DNA from: Octopus vulgaris
Taxonomy: Eukaryota
Reading direction: 5' to 3'
DNA: 64,000 bases
Assembly: GCA_951406725.2 (NCBI GenBank)
Contig: OX597818.1
Span: 23,684,001 to 23,748,000 of the forward strand
Below, in pieces: positions 15,036 through 29,785 of the stretch. The position numbers and the translations under genes were made by a program. Numbering within the stretch: position 1 is the stretch's first letter; each line of letters begins with the position of its first letter. The notes beneath the pieces are model-generated. The model saw only the letters and a program-made list of their open reading frames with translations, was not told where the DNA came from and did no database searches.

Positions 15036-16899
15036 AAAAATATTACTAACTTTTACATTTATTTCTATATAAAACTGGTGTTTAGAATATATCTTCACAA
15101 AAAGTTCTTACATGAAATAATGATGAGAAATTTTAATTAAGGTATGAATCCTTTAAAATTGGGAAACTTTCAGGCAAGTCAGTATCAAAATGGTTAAACC
15201 TCTGGATTTGATGATGATTTAGAACAATATTAATTAGAGAGAGATAAAATTTAATCATTACACACAAATATACACACACAAAACTGTATTAGGAGATATG
15301 AAATGAAAGTTTGTAAGTTTACAGGCTTTTCCAGAAGCTAGAGTGATTATAATTTATACTGGAACTTGTAAGTGGATACAGACTTGGCTTTTAGAGAAAT
15401 AGAATAACAACTTTAGTTCTATTTACTACTTGCTTAAGCACAAAAGTAGGAGGAAGGGAGGAGGCAAAACAACAATACCACCACCACCACCACCACCACC
15501 AATAACAACAACAGCAACAACAACAACAACTGAAGTATTTTTCTGGAAGATGTGATACCTATTCTTGACATCTTGTTGAAGTGATTATTAAAAGATAAGT
15601 ACCTTCCCCCAAAACATTCAAAACATCTGGCTCAGATTCCAACTCACAATACATGAATTATTAGTAAAAAAAACATTATCCATAGGACTGTTTTATTCCT
15701 ACAACTCCATTTATGTAAAATACTTTATCTCATATATCATACTCTGATATAAATCCAACAACAACAACACAAATTTACTACAGAAAATTTATTGTTATTG
15801 AATGAAATTTTTAAAAAAAGCAAATATATTAACAAAATTTTTCAATATACTACTAATACAGTTTTCAAAAATTTTAGTTTTAATTTATGAAATTATCATC
15901 ATTATCATCGTTTTCCTGTTTCATGTTTACATGGATCAGACAAGCCTATTGAACAAGCAGCTGAAACCCTTAAACAGAGAACAGGAAATAATATTACAGG
16001 AATGAGCTTTTTATGTATAAAGATTGTACAACAGGATATTAAGTTTGTATGCATGTATGTATATATGCATGTATGTATATATTTATGTATGTTTATATGT
16101 ATGTATGTATATATGTATGTATGTATACTTTCATGTTGTCAAGTAGTATGTTCTTGGTCATGGCATATAAATGGGTGGAAAGTTACCATTGTTTTTGCAT
16201 CTACTATTGCGCTTGACAATATAAATAACTTATCAGATATACTGGCTGGAAGCACATAGCCTCTTTAATGTTGGAGATAAATATGTAGTGCTGGTGGCTT
16301 GGTAGCAAAAAAACCCAAAACAAAGAAAAAATCCCTTTTCTGACAGGGAAAGCAGAGTTGCTTCCTCTTTGTGTGATTCCAGCCTTGGCCGAAGGGACTA
16401 AGTTGTGTCTGTGTATTTTTTTTTTCCAAACTCTGGTCCACAAATGGGAAAGACCATGTTTCCAAAATGAGTTTTCTGTCATAAGGACAGCAGCTAAAAA
16501 TTTCACTTTTCGAGTTCAAGATGGCACCTGAATCAGGTACATATTGTTTTTAATTATTGTCCTCACAACTAGGTAAAGTTTGCACTGTTTGCTTCCATTA
16601 AAGTATTGCCCAAGTTCTTCATAGAGCTTCCAGTTAATTTTGTATGGCGTCCCTTTCTTTTCTAATCACCATATATAACTGGCTCATGTGGCAATCTTAT
16701 TCCTGACCTTACAATGGCACTATATTGCTCCAACATATTTCTGTGTATATGTTCATTTGTTTTATAAATATATATATAATCAGCAGAAGTTACAAAGTGA
16801 CTCAAGGATCAAGAGTTTTGTGTGTGAAACTTATTGAGTATGTATGTGTACCTGCATGCATGTATGTATGTATGTATGTATGTATGCATGTATGTTTAA

Positions 16900-17085
16900 G
16901 GAGGTATCGATATGTGACCCCCATCTCGCAGGCATAGAGAAGAGAAAGGAGCACACATGCCTTGTACACCTTTATCTTTGTCTTTCTGCATATGTCTCGC
17001 CGACTCCAGAGGCGCTTTTCTAGCCTTCCAAAAGCAAAACTTGCTTTCTTAATTCTATATGGAATTTCATCATCCACTTTGATCG
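16900..17085 (-). mobile_element. RTE/BovB-like LINE fragment
   Basis: DDEIPYRIKKASFAFGRLEKRLW..TKIKVYKACVLLSLLYACE, typical of the RTE post-RT region. Confidence 0.85.
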
Positions 17086-17099
17086 GTCAACTCTGTTCT

Positions 17100-17800
17100 T
17101 TTTTGAAGAACTCAAGCATTTCTAGGTTTCTATGCAGATCTGTTATTACATAGTCCAGTGCACTTTTGAGAATAGGAACAAATGAAAATTTATAATCGGC
17201 ATATAAGAGTTATAAGTTTTTCATTAGTTTTCCATACACGTTCTTGTTTTCCCCATTCAAATCTGCAATGGTACACACATTTTGCTTACCATCCCAAACA
17301 ACTATGTCTGGCTTGTTGTGCATACACAGGCCAGTTTTATCAGAAGGTTCCACCAGTATTTTTAAATAGATTATTTTTAAAGCTGTGGGTACTTTCTGGT
17401 TCTGGTGTACCTTTGGTATAACAGTCAGGATAATCCTTCTTGTGTAAAGCATTATATGCCATCTTAATAATAGTGCCGTGTCTCTTGGGCCAGAAATATC
17501 TTGCAGATATTTTTGAGAAGCTACTGAGGGTATGCATAATATCTTCCACATTGTTATGGCACAACTGACACATTTTATCACAAAGTGGAAGTTTATAGGC
17601 ATTCTTATTTCTTTTGTTAATCAGGTATTTCATGCCTATCTCCTGTTCTTCAACAGCAAAGGCATAGCCTCCTGGGTGAGAAGTGATGCAGTTATTGCAA
17701 GTCCAGGAGAGGTTACTGATCTTGTCAATGTGGGCATTTATATTTACATTGGTCTAAAAGCAAGTGTCTTTGTTTATATAATCTGTCTTCATGTGGGACC
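17100..17800 (-). mobile_element. R4/NeSL-like LINE C-terminus (zinc knuckle plus restriction-like endonuclease)
   Basis: CQLCHNNVEDIMH..., KRHG, HNKPDIVVWD and IAD motifs across a frameshift. Confidence 0.8.
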
Positions 17801-18834
17801 AACATGATCATCTAAAATTCTTGAAGATACTGTCCCAGCATGATCACAGTCAATGACTAAAGCCAGTAAAAGAAGCAAAGCATATGAATGAAATATATAT
17901 AAAATTCACATGAAATATACTTAAATATGTATGAGAAATAGTTGTAAAATGTATGCAAGAAAACAAGAAGAGTTAATGGCTAGCTAATTAAATATTAAGA
18001 CACTACTCTAAGAGTTACCCACTTTCTTTCTCAGTTACTAATGCAGGAAATTAGCCAAATGCTTGAATCATTTCAATGATGTTAAAAATACTTATATAGC
18101 TTATTGTCTGAGTGACCTATATTTCAATTACAAAATTCTATGGGAAAGTTACAAAGAATTACAGTAATATGTTTCTGACTGGCACCTTCAGTTTTCTTTT
18201 TCTTCTCAGTTTACGGATATTTTTTGGAAAAGTATTTTCAAAGCATATATTTACCAAAATGCCTTATTATTTTACGACAGTAAAACAAAACAAAAAAATT
18301 ATAAAGGGCAAATAGATAAGTGGTGTCAGTTCATTTCCCTAGCTTTGGTAATATGTTGTGATCTGGGTAAGGCATTAAAACTATTCCTACACAACTTACC
18401 TGGAGGAGAGGAAGCAAGGTAGAGATAGAACATAAAAGCTAATATGACATTTGAGTAGTTTGGTAGCTTACAATGTTCAGATTAAATCTTTTCACATGAA
18501 AAGACAATAATAAATGAAGGTCTGAATTTCTCTACTCAATTATACAACACAACCATATGGCATGTGTGTCTACATGTTATAAATAAATTTACATGCACAT
18601 GTTTAATAAACATACATTCAGCCTAGCGGTACATAGAGATCCTGCGGTTAAACCACAGGGATCTCTGCAGAAAGGCTGTAGGCTGCAAATACATTCCTTT
18701 GGTCTAACCATGATATGTATTTGCACAACACTAAATATATGTTTATTAGGTGTATGCATGTACAATTATTTATATCTTTACCATAAATAATAAGCTTCAG
18801 TACCTTACTATATATATATATAAATATATATATA

Positions 18835-19022
18835 TCTGTTTCTTTTTACTTGTTTCAGTCAGTACTTATTTTAAATCCTGGTACTTATTCTATTAGTTCC
18901 TTTTTACTAAACTGCAAAGTTACTGGACCATAAAAAAACAACACCAGTTATCAAGCAGTGGTGAGGGACAAACGCAAGCATACAAAGATATATACATTCT
19001 CTCTCACACACACACACACACT

Positions 19023-19103
<81 letters not shown>

Positions 19104-19200
19104 GCTTTGTACAGTTTACATCTACCAAATTCACTCACAAGACATTTGTTGACCTAAGGCTGAGGCTGGAGTAGAAAACACTTGCCTAAGGTGGTATGCT
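18835..19200 (-). mobile_element. SINE family A, decayed
   Basis: Tail TTTTACTTGTTTCAGTCA, (CA)n interior, and CACTTGCCTAAGGT near the head. Confidence 0.7.
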
Positions 19201-19706
19201 GTGGTTTTTGTTTTTATTTTTCCTTTCCTTATTGTTAAAGTAACAGGAAATCTCATTAACTACTTCTCTCAGCTCTACAGTCACTGATAACTACACATAT
19301 TGATAACTACTTTTTCAGGGTCAACATGACAGGTCATATTTATCATAAGTTGAACAAATAAATATTAGACAGAATTGTTGGTTGACACAAATTTATTTAG
19401 AACTGAATGCCTTTTATAAACAATCTACTTTAAAGTGAAAACGATTGTAATTGTCATTGTCTAACTCCAGAACAATCATTATTGAGATGTTATAACTGTA
19501 ACCATCTTGTTTTTTTTAAAGCTGCATAGGACTTTTATGATTTAATATATCCTTTCCTGAGTTAAATGATATTGTGTGTTTTGAGGAAGATATAGTTGTT
19601 ATTTCTAACAGATTCTGGGGTCGTGTAGTGGAACTTTTATTGGCTTGCAATTTATCTTCAGGACAAAGTAACTGACGTAATGGACCTTAACTATAAACAC
19701 AATATG

Positions 19707-20088
19707 TGGAGGCGCAATGGCCCAGTGGTTAGGGCAGTGGACTCGCGGTCATAGGATCGCGGTTTCGATTCCCAGACCGGGCGTTGTGAGTGTTTATTGA
19801 GCGAAAACACCTAAAGCTCCACGAGGCTCCGGCAGGGGATGGTAGTGATCCCTGCTGTATTCTTTCACCACAACTTTCTCTCACTCTTACTTCCTGTATC
19901 TGTTGTACCTATATTTCAAAGGGCCGGCCTTGTCACTCTCTGTGTCACGCTGAATATCCCCAAGAACTACATTAAGGGTACACGTGTCTGTGGAGTGCTC
20001 AGCCACTTACACGTTAATTTCACAAGCAGGCTGTTCCGTTGATCGGATCAACCGGAACCCTCGTCGTCGTAACCGATGGAGTGCTTCC
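19707..20088 (+). mobile_element. tRNA-derived SINE (family C, tail 1) with TSD
   Basis: A box TGGCCCAGTGG, B box GTTTCGATTCC; flanked by ATAA(A)ACACAATAT direct repeats (19693-19706 and 20089-20101). Confidence 0.9.
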
Positions 20089-20269
20089 ATAAACACAATA
20101 TAACAGTTATCGAAAAATTAGAAACTCTCACTATTAAGAGTTAATTCTTCAGAGTTTTAGGATGAGATTTATGAATAGGTAGTTGTGGGAAATTAATTAA
20201 TAGAGAAACTTGCTCAAGATTAAACATTGTATATAGTCTGAGTAGACATGGAAAATATGGATGTAATAT

Positions 20270-20485
20270 TAGTTTCAAATTTTGGCAGAAAGCCAGCAAT
20301 TTCAGGGGAGGGGCTAAATTGATTACACTGACCCCAGTGCTTAACTGTTACTTATTTTATTGACTCCAAAAGGATGAAAGGCAAAGTCAACCCTCAGTAG
20401 AATTTGAACCCAGAAGTAAAAACAAACGAAATACTGCTAAGCATTTTTGCCAGTGTGCAAACAATTCTGCCAGCTCACTGCCTTA
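20270..20485 (-). mobile_element. SINE family B
   Basis: Aligns with family B; further copies at 23045-23235 and 35100-35295. Confidence 0.75.
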
Positions 20486-22218
20486 AATATGGATGTTATA
20501 TTAATATATGGTAAGCACAGATTATAGCTTAAACTATTTTATTACATTTTTAGAGTAGCTTCAGCTAATAGGAAAGTTTATCCTGGCAGGATTTGAACTC
20601 AGAACAGAGAAATCCAAAACAAATACTACAATCCATTCTGTTACAACACTCTAGTGACTCCGTCTATAACTTATGGAATGGCAAAAATGACTAAAACTTT
20701 CTGTAAATCTAGCATTTGACAAAAATTTAGTTCTCACTAAAGAGTTTACATTGACCTTAACACAAGTGAAGCAAAACTACATGGGGTCGTTGAGAGGAAA
20801 ATTCATTTTAATATAGAATCTTTTATCCAGCTGCCACTTAAATGATGTGAAAAGGGAATTTTTTTTCATCTTTTAATTGCATGTGAAAATATTAAAATAT
20901 AAAATCTAACATATCAATTTCTTTGGGATTGTTTTTCTGTTCATTCTAACTTTATTCTGTGTTGATTTTTAGTAATTCATTCCAACATATCAATCTCTAG
21001 AGATATCTAGTCTTCTGTAAGCACAAAGCAATGATTGTATAAGAAGTGGACATATAAAAAGAAAACAAGACTTAGATTATAACTATGCCAGAGAAACTAA
21101 TTTATACTGAGAGGAGAACTGTTTTATTATTGTAGACAGATAATCATGACGGTTAAGTATCAAATTATAACAGAAGGCAAAACATACAACAGGATAATAG
21201 ACAGATTGTCCACTGCCAGGATGTTTCAAAAATTTCTTAAGAAAAGATGTTTATGTTTTTTATAAAAATGTTCTAATTTAAAAAACTGAAAAGTGGAAAA
21301 AATATTTCCTACATCTCTAAAATACTAAATTTCTAAGTGACCATATTTTGTAATAAAGCATTTCTTTTATACTGACTGAACAGTGTGGCAAAGCAGACTA
21401 GCTGTGATCATATTTTAAACATGTTTTTCACATTTTTATATCCATAGTTATTACTCACCATTCCAGAGTTATGTTTTGTTACTTTGTCTCTGTTGTAATT
21501 TGTTAGAAATAATGTTTTTCAACCACTAGTTATGTTTTGACTAGTTTAGAATAACTTGGGAATTTCCCCATTTTTTCTTCTCCCCAAAGAATGGCTTGAT
21601 AATTTCATTTATCATATAGGAACAAACAAGATCTTTGTTACTGCAAGATTCTTGTCTTTCCTCTTTCTGGCCTTCTATTCATTCATTCATCTTAGTGTTT
21701 CAACTAACACTGAGTCAGATCACGATATCAGTGGAGATGATGAGACAATAGTGTGTGATAATCCTATTCTTGTCTTTAAATTCCTTTAGCACAATGAATA
21801 CAACTCATTGTATTGTCTCATTAATGAAAGTGATGATATTCAAGTCTGCATAGCTGATATACAAAAAATCCACCCCTGTCCAAGCTGGGTAGTTAGGGTT
21901 AGGATTGTTTCACTAAGTCTAAAAAGATTAAATATATAGTTTATCTAAACAAGAACTGAACTCAAGACAGTCAGCTACCAAGCTATTTGAAAATACAAAT
22001 ATTAGTTTATCCTCATATATCAATGTGTGCATATATATATATATTTACATGCAGATAAATATATGTTTGGTCATAGAGTATTAAAACATAACTGGAATGG
22101 TGAGTAATAACTTTATGACCGGACATATATTTAATTGTATGTAAATACATTACTACTCTATCCTTCAGAGTATGCTTCTTTTTCAGATATATAATACAAA
22201 CACACACACACACACACA

Positions 22219-23040
22219 CAGGGTGTGGTGAATAAACTGATATCTCATTTTAACAGATATATTTACCAAAATTACGTTAAAATATCTTGAAATACTAAAG
22301 ATTAAATTTATTCAATAAAATTGCCATTGGCTTCAACTGCGGCCTCCAGACGCCTTTGGAATCACCTGCAACTCTTCTGGACGATCTCCATGTTTAAGTT
22401 GGTGAATGCGGCCATAATTTTTGCCTTCAGTTCATCTTTGGTGTTACAAGGAGTTTTGTTGGTCTCTCACTCAATTGTGCCCCACACATAATAATCAAGG
22501 AGATAGCAATCTGGGGAGTGAGGTGGCCAGATGTTAGGGGTGATGTGGCTACAGAAATTGTCTGACAGCTATGACTGTGTTCTCCAGCTTGTATGGTATG
22601 GTGCAGAGTCCTGTTGCCAGACATGGGGTCTTCCAGTAGTCACCCTCTTAACCCAGAGCAGTACTACCTCCTCCAGGCACTTGATGTTGACCTCCATGTT
22701 GAGTCTGAGGTCGTGTGGGAAGATGAATGGTGGCATAACATATGATCAATGGAGGCACACTAGTGATCACTCCAAACACCATGATGTTGACTGGATGTTT
22801 GATTTTTATCACTCTTAGTACATGCACTGTCCTCAGATTGTCACCCAAACATTCTGAAATGGTTGTATTGGAGCCTCTGGCATAAATTTCAAGGAAAACA
22901 GCATGTCATTTCCAAATTTCTGGCAGAGTGAATTGCGTCATGGTGCTGTTTTTCTCACAGACGATGCTCAACTGACCCTACTATACTGTGTAGTCAACAA
23001 AATCAAAAACAAACAATGTGCATGTGTGAAATTAAAAATA
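22219..23040 (-). mobile_element. maT/Tc1-like DNA transposon remnant
   Basis: CAGGGTG terminus; KHPVNIMVFGVITS, WQQDSAPYHTS and WPPHSPDCYLLDYYVWG motifs. Confidence 0.8.
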
Positions 23041-23629
23041 TAAGGCTAGCAATTTAGTGGGAGGGAGAAAGTCGATTATATTGACCCAAATGCTCAACTG
23101 GTACTTACTTTATTGACATCAAAAGGATAAAAGATAAGGTCGACCCTGGGGGTATTTGAAATTGAAATTTAAAGTCAGAAGAAATGTCACTAAGCATTTT
23201 TTCCAGTACAGTAACAATTCTGCCAGCTTGCTACCTTCTTGTGCACTAAATATTGGTTATGTATAAATAGCAACAGCCTCATTAACACCAAACAATATGC
23301 TGGATGTACATCTGGCTCTATATTGGGTTATTGCTGTTTAAACCCACATCATCTATGATTGAGCAAATCTATGGTCAATGCCATTCCAGCCATGAGCAAC
23401 TGCCTTTTTGTATCTCTAGGGTTACATTATTCAATTATATATTCATCTCAGCTTTTGTCTTTTTCAGTATATCCAGGCATGCATTATCCATGTTTATTCC
23501 CCACCATTTTTGTCAGAGGGGTGGATGTTATATGAGGGAGATTTGGCTGTTGTTTCCAGTAGATCAAATGACCTCATAAAGGCGTCCTCATTAGAATTTG
23601 TTTCAGTATTAGAAACAAATGGCAATTCA

Positions 23630-23810
23630 TCATCATCACCATTTAACATCTGCTTTCCATGCAGGCATGGGTTAGACGGCTTGACTGGAACTGGTAAGCC
23701 AGGAGCTGTACCAGGTTCCAATCTGATTTTGGCTTGGTTTCTACAACTGGATGCTTTTCATAACACCAACCACTCCGAGTGTAGTGAATGTCTTTTACAT
23801 GTCAGCAGTA
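23630..23810 (-). mobile_element. 3' fragment of the RTE LINE family (short copy)
   Basis: (CAT)n-TTTAACATCTGCTTTCCATGC matches the 3' end of the LINE at 32420; other copies at 24385-24520 and 28975-29178 (+). Confidence 0.75.
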
Positions 23811-25507
23811 CTGGCCACAACTACAATTTCACTTGACTCTAGCAGTTTTTTATCAACCAAGTTATCATAACACTGTATGATGGCTGCAACAGTTTCAGGG
23901 CTGATGTAAACACAATAAGTTCATATTCTGAGATTAAACCCAGCAGGTGTCACCTATGCCTTTCATCCTTCTGGGGTAGATAAAATAAAATACCGGACTA
24001 GGGCAGTGGATTGTCAAAATCATTAGAGCACCAGACAAAATGCCTTGTGGTATTTATTCCTGCTCTTTACATTCTGAGTTCAAATCCCACAGTGTCAACT
24101 TTTGTCTTTTATCATTCCAGAAGCAATAAGCCGATGTATCAGTCAAGTACTGGAGTTAATTCAATCAACTACCCATCTGAGTCAACATACAATGTGCTAG
24201 CATGGTACACTAGACTCTAAATTCCTGCCAACCATGGTGTTCCAACAACAGATAAAATTATACACAGATTGGAGTATACTGCCACCTCATTGATATTATT
24301 TGTCTGAAATACTACACATGCATACATACATACATACATACATACATACATACATACATACATACATACATACATACATTCTCATCATTATCATCAACAT
24401 TTAACTTCCATTTTCCATGCTGGGCATGGGTTGGACAGCTTGACAGGAACTGGCAAAGCCAAGGGATCACACCAGCTTCCATAGTCTGTTTTGACCTAGT
24501 TTCAATGGCTGGATGCCCATTTCACTTGAAAAAGAGAGAGAGAGAGAGACAGAGAGAGAGAGGGAGTAGGTCCTATTAAATTAATAAAGCAAAAGAAGGC
24601 CATTCTAAATAAAAATACCAGAAGGCTATTTTCAAAAAGTGTATTGAATCAACACCAACATATTTTCTGCAGACAAGTAATATTACTAAGGGCAACATTG
24701 ACAAGTTGGTAAGAATATAGAAAGACAGAATTAAATGGTGAAAGGCATTAATTTTGGTGCCCTACAAATTTTTGCCAATTCACCACTTTTTATCATGATA
24801 ATGAATATAGTCAGTACAATCCGAATTGAATGTAATTTGATAGACCTAGATAGGAGGCTGTGTCAGCAGTGGTAGAAATCCAGGGAAGAAGGTCTCAGGG
24901 AAGCAGACACATGAGGCAAAATATACATTATAGAGTATTCAGATTTCCTATGCAAAGAAAAAATGCACTCACTCTGTTTTTTACTTGCAGTAGAAAATTA
25001 AAATGTGTGTGTGTGTGAGTGTGTGTGTTGTGTGTGTGTGAGTGTGTGCGTGTGTATGTGTGTGTGTACATACATATGTATCTCATTTTTGAGATCTTTT
25101 CATCACACTTTAGGCATGGAATATTGATACACTGAAAATGAACTTGTAAATGAAAATAATAATTAACTTTGTGTTCCATAGATGAGATATATGACTCAAT
25201 GAAAACATCATTGAAAAAGGTTGTATGTTAGTTTCATACATTTGTTATTGTTTATTTTGTTCTGAAAATTTATGGTGATGTATATACCAAATTGCCAATT
25301 AGATAGATAAAGATGATATTTTTTACTCTGCATTAATTGCAAATAATTTTTCTTCCTTGTTTTAAGTATAATTTCAACCAACCTAGATTCAAAATCAGAA
25401 CTCTAATAAATAGTTAATGTCATAAGAACTGATAAACTTTCAAGAGACTATGGAATAATTCTTATTTGGAACAGTGGATCTTCAAACACATAAAGCTATA
25501 AATAATA

Positions 25508-25934
25508 GTTTCAAATTTTGGCAGAAGGCCATCAATTTTGGGGGAGGGATAAGTCAATTACTTTGACCCCAGTACTCAACTTGTACTTATTTTATCAACT
25601 CCAAAGGATGATAAGCAAGGTCGACCACGGTGGAATTTGAACTCAGAATGTAAAGATAAATGAAATGCTGCTTAGCATTTTGTCTGGCATGCTAACAATT
25701 CTTATTTCTTTATTGCCCACAAGGGGCTAAATATAGAGGGGACAAACAAGGACAGACAAAGGGATTAAGTCGATTACATCGACACCAGTGCATAACTGGT
25801 ACTTAATTTATTGACCCCGAAAGGATGAAAGGCAAAGTCAACCTTGGTGGAATTTGAACTCAGAACTTAACAGCAGACGAAATACTGCTAAGCATTTCGC
25901 CCGGATGCTAACATTTCTGCCAGCTCACCGCCTT
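25508..25934 (-). mobile_element. Two adjacent SINE family B copies
   Basis: Two consecutive family B bodies with different tails. Confidence 0.8.
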
Positions 25935-26284
25935 AAATAAAGCTAAAAATAATACCTAGTAAATATTGGGTTGAAAATTCCTTTTGGATAGAAACAGCTC
26001 AAAAGCAGCCTTTGGCCTTATCTATTCAAAAGGGTTTTTCAATCCAATATATACTAGCTGTTTTTATAGCTTTATGCACTTGAAGATCCACTGTTTCAAA
26101 AAACGAATTACTTCAATAAATAGTATTACAAATAAAAATATGACTATTTATTTCTTAATGGGAGAGATGACATAATACACTGTGTGATGTCTTTCCTTTT
26201 TCAAGGGCAATAACAGAAAACCAAGTAGATAGATTCAAGGAAAAGGAAACAGCATTGCTTCTTCATATAACTGCTATATATATG

Positions 26285-27682
<1,398 letters not shown>

Positions 27683-28399
27683 CACATATACATATATATA
27701 TACACACACACACACACATATATATATACACACACACATATATATATATATATATACATACATACATACATATATATGTGTGTGTGTGTGTGTGTGTGTA
27801 TACATATACACTCTAATTGACCTTCCAACAAAATAATCTTGGATTTCAAAATATAGAAAAGAAAAAAATGTACACATTATAAACAGTTTCAGTAAAACTC
27901 CATGGCGCCTCCTTCAAGAAATACATTAACTGCGAGCAGGCATGTCAAAACATAGTAACAGGTTTTCTTTCCGAAGTGGGACTAATCTAAGTCAATTCTT
28001 GTGTTAAATGCTGACAGTGGCATTTAAAGTATTCTGGTTGTTTTCATTTATTATTATCTTCTAGGGAGCTACTAATATCAGAAAATATTTAATGTGGTTT
28101 GGTCTAGGGTGTAATATTGTATGTTAGTTTTAAATTAAACTAATGGGAAAAATTCTTATCTGATACTATGCACATTAAAGTCACACTATCAGAAAAACAA
28201 AACTTTGGTAAGGAAATATTTCATAGATAACTATGAAATATTTCCTTATTGTTGTTATTCTTATTTTTCATATTGACATTATTGTCATTCATTGTTGTTG
28301 TTGTTATTGTTGTAATTTCTATCAAAAGTGAAAGGAACTAAATCAACAAATTCAGTTTGATTCAAATCAGTTTATTTCCCTTTCTTACCAAAGCCAAGA

Positions 28400-28930
28400 A
28401 AAACCCTTAGCTATCCTTATATTAGTAAAGAAAGTACTAGTACTACTATGTAGTGATTTTCTTTTGCTTTTTCTGACAAATTGACCTTTCCTCATCATAT
28501 AAGACTCATATTTGATGTCTTCATGGACAACATTTCTGACTGTTCCTTCTGACACATGGAGATCTTTTGCAATTGACCTCATGGACTTTATTATTCTAAT
28601 CAATGGTCTGTTGAACTTGCTTGATAAATTCTGGCGTTCTGATGACTTCGGAGTGTTTAGAATGGGTTTTTTTTATGCTTTGATACTGGTGACAGGTTTC
28701 CAACTTCAGTCTCTAGCTCCTTACAAACTTTGTAGACAAAAGATCAGGCATCTTTTAAAAATTGAGATATTTCTAAATCACTATGCTCAGCCTTTATAGC
28801 CACAACAACATCATGCCTCTTCATTTCTTGAGTAAGCTGAGGGTCAGCCATTATTGTTTTCTGAATCAAAGATTATACAGAGTTAGCATTAAATGCAGCA
28901 ATGACCCAAAAAAGGTATGTCCCCAAATAC
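28400..28930 (-). mobile_element. maT/Tc1-like transposase N-terminal fragment
   Basis: SMRSIAKDLHVSEGTVRNVVHEDIKYESY..RKGQF HTH region. Confidence 0.65.
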
Positions 28931-29282
28931 CTTATGCACTCTGTGTGTGTGTATGTATATATATATATATATGTGCCGGTGGCACGTAAAATCGGGCCGG
29001 TGGCACATAAAAAGCACCCACTACATTCATGGAGTGGTTGGCGTTAGGAAGGGCATCCAGCCGTAGAAACATTGCCAGATCAAACTGGGCCTGGTGCAGC
29101 CTTCTGGCTTCCCAGACCCCAGTTGAACCGTCCAACCCATGCTAGCATGGAAAGCGGACGCTAAACGATGATGATGATAAATAGTTAATCCAAACATGAA
29201 CAAAGAGAAAACACAACTATGCGAAGACATGGAAGAAGTATTGTGTTACTGGACACTCAGGAAAGGAAAGAAAGAAGGAGGA

Positions 29283-29316
29283 TTTAACGTTTCGAGCGGA
29301 GCTCTTCGTCAGAAAC
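29283..29316 (-). ncRNA. Minimal type I hammerhead ribozyme motif in a Penelope-like pseudo-LTR (about 29180-29410)
   Basis: Minus strand gttt-CTGACGA-A-GAGC-tcc-GCTC-GAAA-CG-TT-aaat: canonical core, palindromic AACGTT at stem III, short stem I. Confidence 0.7.
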
Positions 29317-29408
29317 ATGGAAAAAGGAAAGGTCCAAGGAAGGGAAGACAGAGAAAGAAAATCACCAACGATACACACACGGTCGCATATTGAAATGACC
29401 AGAAGGGA

Positions 29409-29460
<52 letters not shown>

Positions 29461-29649
29461 CACACACACATACACACGTATACATATATATATGTATTGA
29501 GTCATGTGGTTTTTTTCAATTGCATGAACTAAAAGTCGGAGGGGCATGGGATAAACTACCTGCATCAACTTGCTATAAAAGCAGGTAGTAATTTTACCTT
29601 GTCCTTATTCTTAGTGCAAGTTTTGAAGAGTGCAGTTCAATTTAACAGT

Positions 29650-29785
29650 TAGTTTTTCAAAGCTATAATGGAAATGACAAAGAAGTATATTTCACATATT
29701 TTGCATTATGAGTTCAATAAAGGCAACAACACAATGATAAGTGTGAGAAATATTAATGCAGTATATGGGGATCGGACAATAAGCA
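29650..29785 (+). mobile_element. Mariner 5' fragment
   Basis: MEMTKKYISHILHYEFNKGNN..RNINAVYGDRTIS. Confidence 0.7.

Noticed and set aside
19707-19785. tRNA gene (also 61120-61189)
   Set aside because: It is the head of a SINE with a body and TSD; no complete acceptor stem.
21450-21462. Minus-strand ATG/GTGAGT splice donor suggesting a host exon
   Set aside because: The same sequence recurs inverted at 22097 inside a repeat hairpin; no coding exon or partner exons were found.
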